A stretch of DNA of 63,782 nt, filler included, from Collodictyon triciliatum (lineage: Eukaryota), in assembly GCA_043381765.1 (NCBI GenBank). It is 11 parts of 11 records of this genome, joined end to end, with 100 filler letters (N's around TTAATTAATTAA, not from the genome) between each part and the next. Parts side by side here need not be neighbours in the genome. Positions count along the whole stretch, not along the records: positions 43,339 to 49,418 come from JBHJMP010004721.1; positions 49,519 to 55,592 come from JBHJMP010004722.1; positions 55,693 to 61,770 come from JBHJMP010004723.1; 8 more parts are not named here. One strand, given 5' to 3'. Below are positions 46,434 through 58,894 of the stretch, in pieces. The translations under genes and the position numbers were made by a program. The notes beneath the pieces were generated by a model that did not search any database, had not been told where the DNA came from, and saw nothing but the letters and a program-made list of their open reading frames with translations. Position 1 is the stretch's first letter. Each line of letters opens with the position of its first letter.

Positions 46434-48544
46434 TTAGTCGAGCAATCGCTCCCTCGGCGACTCGTTCTGTGTCGGCAAATCCGTGTGGCTCTGATTGCGG
46501 CTCGTGGACTCTGAAAACGCGGCGGAGAGCATCTCGAACGAGTCTGTGCGGGCCACGCTCAATTCGCTCCGCGTTTCTTCCTCGCTCATGTAGGATGCGA
46601 TGAAAGACGGAAACTCTGCTGCGCGCTTCTCGCTCTCGGCCGGTGCGTTTGTGGTCGATGTCTGCGCAGAGCCTGGTGCGTGGCTGTGCCCGGCTTTCTG
46701 AATCAGCAGATGCGCAACCTCCTGCCGAACCTGGTGAATGGGATGATGATTTGTTTGTGATTTGTTTGTGATTTCTATGTGATTTGTTTGTAATTTTTTT
46801 TTTGTGATTTGTTTGTGATTTGTTTGTGATTTGTATGTGATTTGTGTCTTGTTTGTGATTAACCTCGACGAGGCTTTTGTGCATCGCCAACAGTTGGCGG
46901 TTTCGGAACTCGAGATGCTCTGCAAGTGCACCAGTTCGTAGAGAGAGCAGCCGTGCGTCTGTGCTCATTCCACCGAAGTCGATGTTTGCATACGATGCTG
47001 GGTGGATTATGATGGCTTTTGATTACTTGCTTGCAACTTAGAGTGATGTGGGCAATAACCTTGACAACAAGATTGTGACGTCTTTTTTTTTCTTATTGTT
47101 AAAAATAAAATAAAAAATTACAATCGGATGTATTTGGATTAATTTATTTTATTTCTACTCGAAACAAGTGGGAACGGTGAATTTTTTTGAAGGAAAACAT
47201 GTTGCAAATTGCGAATATTTTAAAATGAAATGAACATCAGAGAAACAGAATACAATTGTATAAAAGAACAAAATGAAACTGAGCCATGTGCAGAACTGCC
47301 GATTACAGATATGGTTACATGGGAAAGCGACAGGGTGTCTTTCCTCTGCGTCCGCAGAGTCACCGGGGACGAGCGGAAGAACGTCAGCCAATAGTGAAGC
47401 AGTAACTGAGGCGCATTGGTAGTTGTGCGAGACTGGAAATGCGTGCGGGATTTCCAGGTTATCCAGCAGGATGGAGCCTTTGAAAGCCGTTTTGATGGAA
47501 TGATTGAATAATGGATGGATGGATGGATGGATGGATGGATGGATGGATGGATGGATGGATGGAAGGATGGAAGGATATTGATGATCATTTATTCTGGACC
47601 AATTTTTTAGAAGAAAATAATGCAAATTAGATGAGTGAATCGCTCATTCGTATTACCTGCAGCGTCAGGAAAGCGCTCACGCATCTTATGATATAGAGGC
47701 AGAGGCGCCCAGTGGTCGTTTCTGCCGTAGTAGAAGACGAGCTTTGGCAGGAGTTTCTTGATAAGGGACTCCTCCAATCCAAGCACTTGGGCGAATTCTG
47801 CACGCGAGGTAGAGTGCAATTAACAGAAAGTAGTTGCAGATTATATGGGTTAAATTGGTGCAAGATGCTTGCATTCATTTAGTATAGTATGTGCACTAGA
47901 ATGGGTTTAAGTTGGAGAGAAAAGCAAATGTATTAACCTGTTCCTGCTAGATAGAGTATGTTGTTGACTACAGTGAAGCTGCCAAAAAATGTTTTTGTTT
48001 AAATGGAAAATTTTTTTGAAACTAAGAAGTTTGTTCCATTATTTCTTTGTTTGATTATTATTTTTTTAAAAAAAAAAATAATTGTGTTTAATTTTTCCTT
48101 TCGAAATCTACATACTTCATGAGTTGAGTAGTTGCCGCAGCAGAGTTGCCTTCTATGCCCATCATTTGCATAATGAGAAGTTTAATCACAGTCGGTAGGA
48201 AGATGCTCAAAAGTTGAGCGATGAAAGCGAGAAGATGGCGGATTCCAGGGACAAATAACAACTGTAAGTACGACAAAACAGTATGGGATATTTATGGACG
48301 TCTTAATAAGGAAACTGATAGAAAGAGAGATAAAAAGACGTATTGTATTGAATCTCCTCAGAAAAGTCAAATTTATGGAGTATTTTATTTCCATTAGATA
48401 AATATTTTCAAATGGGAATATTTTCGTACGCTAAATAAAGGATTTCTCTGCTTGGCCATTTCCTCGATGGTAGGGAAGAGCAACAATGAACGAACAACCT
48501 TGATTCTTGCCGATTTCTCCATCACCTGACCCAGACATAATGGC

Positions 48545-48609
<65 letters not shown>

Positions 48610-49234
48610 AGAGAGAAGAAAAAAGTCACGGTCAGAAAGGCAATATATATATATATTTCATAGATAAAAATTATGCCTGTGTCATGATAATTTGAATAAG
48701 GTGCTTCTATTTCGTAAAACATAAATGAATAAATAAATCCGTCAAAAGTGCGGTTATTGTAATATCTGAAATGTTCCATCATGAAGCACCTTGAGACACA
48801 TATAAGCACCGATTGAGTGGCCAATCAAAATAAATCGTGCATTGGGCTCAACATCGAGGATGGACTCAAGAAACGAGATTTTGTGTTGTATTTGTTGGTC
48901 AAGATTGAAAACTCTGTGGTCTCTCTTCTCCAGAGTGTTGTGACCAATGTGTCCAACTATAAACCATAAAGCATGATGGAAAAGTTACAAGCTTATTTGA
49001 AGGCTCTGAAATTAAAAAATAAAATTAAATATATGAAAAAAGACAAGAATAATCAGGAGATGGTCAGAAAATGGGGGGTTTTTTTTTGGCTTCAAGACAG
49101 CGGAAAAGCCAGGCTATGTCATTTTGCATTTGGACATGCAATACATGTCCTACCTCCATAAACATCATGACCGATGAAGGTTGCGTGAAGCTGGCGAAGA
49201 AAAGGTGTATAGTAGTCCAGAATACCCGGATTTC
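46434..49234 (-). CDS. LDAH: Lipid droplet-associated hydrolase (alpha/beta hydrolase) with probable C-terminal extension, 5' partial
   Basis: [34 protein letters not shown] (nucleophile GxSxG), [22 protein letters not shown] and IPHAF are the LDAH/C2orf43 motif series. Confidence 0.88.
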
Positions 49235-49462
49235 CTATGCAAAATAAACGCTTCAACGCGCAGATTTCTGTTTCTGTTTTTTTGTTTTTTTGTTTTTTTG
49301 TTTTCTGTTTTTTGTTTTTTGTTTTCTGTTTTTTGTTTTCTGTTTTTTGTTTTCTGTTTTTTGTTTTCTGTTTTTTGTTTTCTGTTTTTTGTTTTCTGTT
49401 TTTTGTTTTCTGTTTTTTNNNNNNNNNNNNNNNNNNNNNNNNNNNNNNNNNNNNNNNNNNNN

Positions 49463-49474
49463 TTAATTAATTAA
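49463..49474. other. Artificial contig-joining spacer
   Basis: TTAATTAATTAA between N runs. Confidence 0.97.
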
Positions 49475-49830
49475 NNNNNNNNNNNNNNNNNNNNNNNNNN
49501 NNNNNNNNNNNNNNNNNNGAAAAAAGAAAAAAAAGAAAAAAAGAAAAAAAGAAAAAAAGAAAAAAAGAAAAAAAGAAAAAAAGAAAAAAAGAAAAAAAAG
49601 AAAAAAAGAAAAAAAGAAAAAAAAGAAAAAAAGAAAAAAAAGAAAAAAAAGAAAAAAAGAAAAAAAGAAAAAAAGAAAAAAAAGAAAAAAAGAAAAAAAA
49701 AGAAAAAAAGAAAAAAAAAGAAAAAAAAAGAAAAAAGAAAAAAAGAAAAAAATCCGAAGTGGCGGGGCCAGTTTGAATAACCATTGTTTTAATGTGCGCA
49801 GTTGAGAGAAAGAGACAGAAAGAGAATACA

Positions 49831-50520
49831 CAACGACGTCTGACCCGGCCCTCATTTCGGGTTGGCCTACGATTATTCAGCTTTTCGACAAAATCTTTTC
49901 GCGCGTAGTCTTGTCCCCAATGATAATAGAATTGTGTGTGGGTTTTGATGAAGCCTGGTGTAATACAAATGATTTGGTATAAGCTGCGAATTACCACAAG
50001 GCAAGCTGTTTGGTGTGTAAATAGAGAAATATATCATATTATTTTCCAAGATAAGAATGAACAAGCGAAGGGAACTGATTGCCTCACCCTTCGTTTTTCT
50101 TTTCTTCGTCCGGATGGCCATTTGTTTTTCTATTGTCTTGGGCACAAGGGAGTTCAAACGCCCAGGCTGTTAGGTCATTTTGAAAGGACATTCAGAAACA
50201 CAATGTTTGTGATATACGAGCAGCAGACATCCAGCCCCAATTTTTTTTTCTAAAAAAAGTACACTACGGATTCATTCTGATTTTCGCTCAGGCAGTGATA
50301 AAGCCAACATGTGTGACATATTCGCTGTATCAATTCAAAAAACTCGAATTGGATCCATAGGATAGAAACCAAAAATAAATAAATAAATAAATAAAATAAA
50401 ATAGGAATTATATGCACTGAATACCTTCCATTTGCCCAGGCCATCGGCAGCAGGGAAGCGACACTCCAGACACACCCAACCCAAATCTACATCATGCAAT
50501 CTCCAAGGATTGGTTTGGAC
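49831..50520 (-). CDS. Hypothetical spliced gene fragment, unknown product
   Basis: Several short open segments bounded by AG/GT on the minus strand; no recognisable motif. Confidence 0.2.
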
Positions 50521-50647
50521 AAGTTGTTTGCATCTGATGTAAATGTAACCGATTAACAGAAGGCGAAAAGATACCTGCTCATATGAAAAAAAATAATCAT
50601 GGCAGTAGAGTTTTGTGATTGCCATAAACCTACAGTTGTATCTTGTG

Positions 50648-50663
50648 AAAAAAAAGGCAAAAA
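50648..50663 (-). terminator. RNA polymerase III oligo-T terminator of tRNA-His
   Basis: A T5 run and then a longer T run start 5 nt 3' of the tRNA on the minus strand. Confidence 0.75.
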
Positions 50664-50667
50664 GAGT

Positions 50668-50739
50668 TGCCGTCTCTCGGAATCGAACCGAGGTTATCAC
50701 GGCCACAACGTGAAGTACTAACCACTATACTAAGACGGC
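50668..50739 (-). tRNA. tRNA-His (anticodon GTG), intronless
   Basis: Minus strand GCCGTCTTAGTATAGTGGTTAGTACTTCACGTTGTGGCCGTGATAACCTCGGTTCGATTCCGAGAGACGGCA. Acceptor stem GCCGTCT/AGACGGC, anticodon stem TCACG/CGTGA with loop TTGTGGC, GGTTCGATTCC T-arm, discriminator A. Confidence 0.97.
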
Positions 50740-51230
50740 CTCTTGCTAACAATGAGGACTTATGTAATTATAGAATATATTATAACGCTTTCTGTCGCGT
50801 TCGCTTTTTGTTTTGTTATTTTGGTATGATTGGATTTTTGCATGGGAAGTGGAGTGCGAGTGGTCTTGTCTTTTGGGTCTTGGGGCCTCTTTTTTGCAAC
50901 CACGCATGTAATGGTTGAATCGTGGGTAAAAGGGATGGAGCGGGCGAAAGCGAAAGCCCTTACCCTAATCGGGTCAATCTTTATACTTTTATAGTTTTGT
51001 CGAGTGAACCATGATAAAATATATATGGCATGATTTGTTTCAATATTTTTTTTTTACAATAAGCATATTACTGCTATAAACTTACCATACAATTGCTTGT
51101 CTCGGCCTTTTGTTGGAAGGGGTCTGACAACGCACAAAACACTAGACACAGTTGCTCCGGCTGTGAAGGCTGAGTTCTAAACCTTTTATCTTTTCCATTC
51201 ATTTTAAAACTTTTTTTATATACTTTAAAG

Positions 51231-51423
51231 ATGTCTCGAGAGCGGGTAAGGCTATCTCTTATTCGCTGCTGGCTCGTTCTGCCGTTGCTTGCCACAACCG
51301 CCATTCTTCTGTTGGCGAAGCTATTGCAAGAAACAGTGTCCATAGATAAAAAAGTACGCGCACAAAACACCACAGTCACCTTTCTTTTATAACTTGTTGT
51401 TGTTGAATAAAGGAAAAAATAAC

Positions 51424-51507
<84 letters not shown>

Positions 51508-53747
51508 CGGGATAACATAATTCTTTCATGAGTTATTCCATTCACAAGGATTTATGCAGCATAATCTACCTATCTGATGCCTACATAAATGTCTTCTGAA
51601 GTCTCTGATGCTTTGGATGCAGAATGGTGGAATGACTATCCCTTTGCACGATATATCACACAGGTCAGGAAAGCTGAAGAGATATCCAACTTTCTGAGGG
51701 TAGACTTGTCGCAACACAAATCCTTGATTGATGATGATGTAGACCCATACTTTTCATCTCGAGTTCAGGCATCACGTGTTGCAAATGTACTAAGAAGCAA
51801 GGAGAAGAGATGCAGCCAAGATTTGAAGGTTGGCATCTCTAATTTTTCCTTATCTATATTTTATAAGAAAATTAACATATAAATATTCGAAGAAAATATA
51901 ATCCTTTATGCCAGAAAAGTTTGCTTTACTGAACATGAAATGTAATTTTGAATACAATTATTTATTCTTTCTCGTAATAAATCGCTGCAATATACCAGAC
52001 AACAACTTGTCTTTCATCTGGATTCATTATGGGCCCTAAAAAGTACCCCATTTCTGGTTTAACACGATTTCGAGACAAAAAAAGATATTTTTTTACATCT
52101 GTTTATAATACTCTATGCAAAATAGTGTTGGTCTGAGATTCATACACAAAAGCTTGCGACTTGGCGGCAAAAAACTTATACCAACAAACATCGTGTTTAA
52201 TCAGAGGTTGTTCTTAATTATTATTTTTTTAAAAAATAGATGCATGGCTCTAACAATATATATATATATGTAGTTTGGTTAAGTTTTTAATCATAAATCA
52301 GTACCAGATCTGGTATAAAAGCAAGACAAAATTTCAACGTTCCCATGTCCTATTCATTCCCCTAATACCATTCTTTCTTAATGGGTAATTCAGCTACTTT
52401 ACCCACATACCGAAGGATTTGCATGATTTTACTCAATACGAACCAACCCGCTCCTGGACAGGAATCACAATCGACGTGACAGATTCATATTTTGAGCACC
52501 CTTGGATACCGAGAAGAATCGAATCCATCGTGAACAGTCCAAAGTTTGTCGTCATCCTGCGGAACCCTCTGCTTCGGTGGCTTATTTTATCCACTTTTGC
52601 CCCATATTATATGCTCATGCTTTACTTGACCAATCACGTGGATTAAACTATTTATTTTTATAAACAGGGCGGTATCTCAAATTCTGGAGCTCTATGGGCA
52701 GAGCCCATCAGATAAAGTTGTGCATGCTTCTATCAAGGAAGAGGTTCGATTCACATAAATCTTAGCACAGCGCAACATCGTCAAGACATGATAGTTTCCT
52801 TTTTTATTTTTATTTTATTTCCTCCTACCTGATTCTGACTGGCTGATATAAGTTATTGAATGGCGAGTGTTTCCATTCCACTAACAAAGTAACGATTATG
52901 CCTTAACTTAGATTGAACTTATAAGAACATCATTTGGGGACGAAGCAGACTATGAGGAATCGGCGTTGTTCTCCCATTTCTATTCGGATTTATCAGTCTT
53001 TGGGACTCAAGTGACACAACTATATTCAAAAAGAAACATCCATAGTCCTAATCCAAAATACCTATGATATCGATATGTACATATATTTTCGCAAAACAAG
53101 CGTGATAAGCCAAAAAATAAACAAGCGTTTTTCTTTCGTTCTTGCGCCATATGATATGTAAGTAGAGAAAGACGCCAGAGCAAAACAGCCACGTATTCAT
53201 ACACATATTTGCAGGACTTTTACAAACATTGGGAAGTCCGACGAGGCAGGATGGTTGTCGCCGCAGGATTATACGCAGATAACATTCGAAGATGGTTTCG
53301 ATACTTCCCCGCCCAGTCTTTCCTCTTTGTCGACTCGCAAAAGGTGTTTCAGGGGGATGTTAAGGAAATTGAAAAGATTGCAGGCCACTTGGGTGTTCAA
53401 ATAAGCGATTTAATGCACGAAGGTACCACCCATTTTTGACAACTTTGTGTTGTGTCTTCTAGGCTCTTCTGAAAAATGTTTGTCTAATCGACCCCTTTTG
53501 ACTTTGTGTGCATGGACCTGTTACGTATACATACGCACATTCCCATCGAAATCAAGAGGGGGTATTGCCAAGGACAGAATCAAGGGCAATCAATTTCATC
53601 ACGTCACGATGTGAAGAGCATAAAACATGGCTACAAGAGTTGATGGCTTTCTACCAGCACGAAAACGAGCGATTATACCAGCTAATTGGAATAGACTTTG
53701 AATGGGATAATCAGACCATCAACCATTGCACCTTTTGCAAAATCTAA
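51231..53747 (+). CDS. Type II membrane sulfotransferase (heparan-sulfate 3-O-sulfotransferase-like fold)
   Basis: N-terminal signal anchor WLVLPLLATTAILLLA. Also IDVTDSYF..IPRRI, KFVVILRNPLLR/AVSQ (3'-PB), GLYADNIRRWFRYFPAQSFLFVDS and ELMAFYQHENERLYQLIGIDFEW. Confidence 0.85.
51424..51506. repeat. (GTT)n intronic microsatellite
   Basis: Directly visible; in the first intron region of the sulfotransferase. Confidence 0.95.
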
Positions 53748-54000
53748 ATAGTCCGTCTCGCTGTGTAAATAAATTATATATTTTGATTGTTTCACAAAAC
53801 TTGCTGGGTTCAGAAATGTATAGGGAATTGTGTAAAAGTCAATGAGCTGTGGAGATAGAAAAACAATCACGATGATAAAGGGAGCTCAGTGATTTGTTTC
53901 CATGATTCATTTTCATTTGTGTATCTTTAATGCAAGCACGAATAAAATTTTAAAGGAAACGGAATTCGTGTCGAACTTTCCCTTTCTGAAACCCATCACT

Positions 54001-55170
54001 TCAACGAAGATATGACATAAGGTCAGCTTTCCGGGCGTCCTCGTACTCTTTTGCTAATTCAAGGGTTTTCGGAGAGTTGATATCCTTTTTCATCTCTTCG
54101 GAAACACGTCCAATGAGCTACAAATATTACAAAAAACCATTATTTCTTTTCTATTTGTTCTATCTATTGAAACATTAATAACGAATATTCCTCAAAGGTT
54201 CTCACTTGACACTTTTCCACATATGATTCAAGTCTCTTTGTATATTTCTCTGATTGGTGTGGTTTGTTTGCGTGATTGCTCGCTATGATTGACAAAGGTC
54301 ATAGTATGTTAGGATTGATGAAGATTTTGCACAGAACCCCAAATATGAAATGGGGCCAATATCTCCAAAAATCAAAACATCAAAAAAATCACATGCCAAA
54401 AACATAACAAAAAGGAAAGAACCAAAAAAAAAAAAAAAAAAAAGAACCAGAACCAGAACCAGAACCAGAAAACATAATAAAAAATCAAAAAAAAAAAAAA
54501 AAAGAAGGAAAAATCCACCTTTCATGTGTATAGCGAGATATTTCAGAGCAGACTGCACAGGATTCATCCCAGGGTAAACGGGTCGCTTCTCCCCGAGGTC
54601 AGTTAGAGATTCAACCAGTGAGTTGACAACCGTTTGCTCGAAGTAACCCAGCGTGGGAAGGTCTGCTATGATTATTCTACCAATGCAAAAATAATAAATA
54701 TAGGTATCCCTCTTTTAAATCAAAAGGTGAGCAAATATTAATAATAAACAGGGAAATGTCTTTCTGTTTCCTCAAGCAATTATAATGACATCGGTAATAT
54801 TTTCATACTCCGTCTTTTTTGGAGGCAGCTTCTTTGGTAACTTGACCCCAGCATACTTCCAGGGCGACCTCATAAACATGTCAAGAGCCTTCTCATCTGC
54901 AAATGAGAAAGTCTTGTGCGCATACGAGGCCATAATCTCCCTATTACCATCGACAATGCCAGTGTATGATGCAGACTTCGGGACTGATTGAGCAGCAAAC
55001 GTGACTGGGCAGTAACCTTTGAACTCGATAGCGTTTGGGTCCACCTTCGCAACTTCCTCGGGACTCAGGCGCTTCGGTAGACTCGGAGGTAGGCTGAACC
55101 GGGTGTAAGCATTTGGTTGCTGCACAAACGTGGCGACTTCGCTTGGAGATGCGCATTTGTAGTAAACATC
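54001..55170 (-). CDS. AK9: Adenylate kinase 9-like C-terminal region (YHS-like domains), 5' partial
   Basis: EFKGYCPVT, FSFADEKALDMFMRSPWKYAGVKLPKKLPPKK, LPTLGYFEQTV and KRPVYPGMNPVQSALKYLAIHMK match the AK9 C-terminus. Confidence 0.82.
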
Positions 55171-55636
55171 CTATTGTCGGAATCAAAATCAATTATCAAG
55201 CATGTTTGATATGTTTTTCGATTCACCGAACAATTGGTGCTAAAAAAAAATTTTAAGATGAGAGAAAAAGACAGAAAAAGACAGAAAAAGACAGAAAAAG
55301 ACAGAAAAAGACAGAAAAAGACAGAGAAAAAAAAGAAGACAGAAAAAAAGAAGACAGAAAAAAAGAAGACAGAAAAAAAGAAGACAGAAAAAAAGAAGAC
55401 AGAAAAAAGAGAGAGAGAAAAAAAAGAGAGAGAGAGAAAAAAAAAAGAGAGAGAAAAAGAGAGAGAGAAAAAGAGAGAGAGAGAAAAAGAGAGAGAGAGA
55501 AAAAGAGAGAGAGAAAAAGAGAGAGAGAAAAAGAGAGAGAGAAAAAGAGAGAGAGAAAAAGAGAGAGAGAAAAAGAGAGAGAGAAAAAGAGANNNNNNNN
55601 NNNNNNNNNNNNNNNNNNNNNNNNNNNNNNNNNNNN

Positions 55637-55648
55637 TTAATTAATTAA
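55637..55648. other. Artificial contig-joining spacer
   Basis: TTAATTAATTAA between N runs. Confidence 0.97.
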
Positions 55649-56372
55649 NNNNNNNNNNNNNNNNNNNNNNNNNNNNNNNNNNNNNNNNNNNNATTGTTTT
55701 TTTATTGTTTTTTTATTGTTTTTTTATTGTTTTTTTATTGTTTTTTTATTGTTTTTTTATTGTTTTTTTATTGTTTTTTTATTGTTTTTTTTAGTTTGAC
55801 AACGATCGCAATCACTTTGGCAAAGGTTCAATTCCAGCACGGCACTATTTAATTTCCATAACCAGCAATAGTTGCAGAACCGTAAGTCATATATACCGTA
55901 CCCCAAAGACCAGCACAACCAAACTTGGATTTAACGGTTTGCCAAGACTGTCGATAATCACCGAATTAGCGTGTCCCCGCCAGTCCATGGCCTGGTGCAA
56001 GATCAAACTGCATCAAAGCAAAGTCTCCTTGCTTCGACCGATCACCAAAGGAAAAAAGAAAAAAGAAAAAGAAAAAAGAAAAAGGAAAAGAAAAAAGAAG
56101 ATGAGCAACTTTAGACAAAGGAAAAAGAAATAGAAAAATGAAAAAAGAAAAAGAAAAAAGAAAAAGAAAAGAATAAAACTTCGGACAAACAAGAGATACA
56201 AGAGAGCATGTGGTGTGAAAAGCCGGAGAAAGATGAATGACCGCCTAAACTCCCCCAGTCCAGCACACTTCGGAGGCCAGGTCAAGCCGAAAGCATCGGA
56301 GAAGGAAGGGAAAAGAAAAGAACAGAAAGAAGGAAACCCCATCGTCCAAACACCGCACAAACATCGTTGCCA

Positions 56373-56635
56373 ATGTCTGTTGCCGACACACAAGCCAAGC
56401 TAGGCAAGATCATCACTAAACCGAAGCTGACTGAGCAGCTTCTCGCACGGCCTCCGTTTCGTTTTCTGCATGACATCATCACTGCCGTGACGCAAGCAAC
56501 CGGCTTTGGAGATGGACTCTTTGGGGAAGACGAAGCCAACTCAGAAAACATCAAAGTAATCAACCTTTCCAGCTCTGTTTTTTTTTTTTTTTTTTTTTTG
56601 CACTCATGACAATAAGATACTTTTCACTAATTAGT

Positions 56636-56714
<79 letters not shown>

Positions 56715-58863
56715 TTCAACTACTAAGTATAAGGGGAAAAGAAAGGAAACTAATGAAAAATGCGATTACTGAAATTTAGCTTTGGTACATTCTATGAACA
56801 ATTTTTTGCGAATATTCACCCCAACATATTTTTTTTATCAATAATTTTGTTTTGTGAACCAATTATTTTGACTGACTCATTATGCGTGGTCGATATATAT
56901 ATAATTGTTCATATTTGGAATATCTATTCTATTCAATTGCTAATGTTTAAGTGCTCTTGAAGCCGACGAAGAGTCAGATATCTCAATACATGGACCTACT
57001 TATCGCAACATTGATGTTTAATCATCACAAAAAAAAAAAATTCCACCCGCAGGAAAAACAGGCAAAAATCAACTATCTGACAAAGATTATCACATGTGTT
57101 GGATATGCCCTTGGTGTGCAAGTCGAAGCGAAACCTGCAAAGATTGTTGCTGGCCTTGAAGCCGAGCAGACCAATCTGTTTCTGCAGCAGTTGGCTGAGG
57201 CCGCTGGAAATCCGAGTCTTGATTGGAAAGGCTCCGTAGCAAAAACGCTTGGGATTGAAGTGGCAGCGGCGGCTCCAGTTACTGGGTAAATAATTGCGCA
57301 CTTGTTCCTGCTCGGTTTTTATCTTTCTGGTTATTCAATGATTTTTTGATAAAATTTCATTCTTAGTATCTCATTTACTCATTTATTCTTTTATCCTTTA
57401 CACTTTGTTCTGTGTTATGTGTTCTTTATTCTTTGTTTTTTGTTTTTTGTTTTTTTAATATTATACCGCACTACCTTGTTATATACTGTTGTAATTTTCT
57501 AGAGTTCATTAGTGCAATTTGTTTCCATTCATCTCTCATTTAATTGAGTTGATATTAGTTATAAAACTATGCTTATGTTGTGTTTGTGCCGTGTTCTTTC
57601 TTCGACGGTCCTCGATGGTCTGGTCGTCGTATAGTGACCGAATTCTCAATATGTATTTCATGTCAGAGAATCGAAGGAGGACGCAGAGAAGGAGAAAAAG
57701 CGGAAAAAGAAGAAGGAAGAAGAAAAGGTATTTGTGAGGCATTTCCTCGACGATGCTCGATACCAAAGACACACTTTGCTCAAGCTCATTATTTATTTAT
57801 CCATTGAAAAAAGTATATTGCCTCATTTTACCTCTATGAACCGGGGGGTCATTGTTGCAGGCTGCTGAGGCCGAGGCTGCGCCGACTGCCCCAGCGACAG
57901 AGTCTGAGGAGGCGAAGGAAGAGCGACGACGCAAAGAGAAGGAGAAAGAAAGAGAAGAAAGGAAAAAGAAGAAGAAAGAGAAGGAAGGGTATGCCTTTGA
58001 CAGAGAGAAGAAATAAACCTGAAATCAATCGGGAAAAATTATAAGAGATACTTTTGTGGTTTCACAGAATTGATTCAAGACACATGTATACCATGACACA
58101 ATTTGAAGCCCTCTTTACCATCAATCAGGGAAGAAGCTGAAGCTGCGGCTGCGGCTGCACCGCCTCCTGCTGCTGCAGCTCGTCCACCTTCGTCCCAAAA
58201 GACGGACGATGCCGCAAGGCCGCCTTCCGGGCAGCTTGAGCGCAAGAGCTCGGCCATTCTCGCGAGAGATGATACTGTCCCAAAGGCTGCGGATTCTGCC
58301 CCCAATCCTGATGAAGGTTGTCGTGCTATTTTATTACGTTAAATGTCTCCTGAGATGAGTATGTATAAGCGACAGTACCGAAACAAAAACAGAAGCCAAA
58401 GCATGTAATTTATATCTCATTCTCATGTCTTTCGGTAAAAAAAAAAAAATGTTCTGGTGACGGTCAACTACAGAGGAAAAGTAAGTCTATCTTTGTCTAA
58501 CAAGAATCAAACACAGCGATCGTTTATGAATCACGAATATTTGTGCTCAATTCATTTCTGTCTGTCACGTAGAAAACGACCAGTGCGTCCAATGTCTGCT
58601 CGGCCTGCACCTCCAAAAGTGGCGTCCAACGTGCGGACGGTTGAGAAGAAACCTGACCCAGCTGCTGAGAAGTAAGTGAAACAGATTAGAAATTATCCCA
58701 TGGAAATCGAACCAGCTCAAAGTATTCCTCTTTTTTTTCGAGATTGCTCTCGTGGATTTGCTTCGTGTCAGTCATATATGTTAGACGCTAAACTATTTCA
58801 TCTTTTTGCTTGGATGCGGGCCTGGCCGTTTCTCTTGCTCTTCTCCCTTCGTCTTTTCTCTCT

Positions 58864-58894
<31 letters not shown>

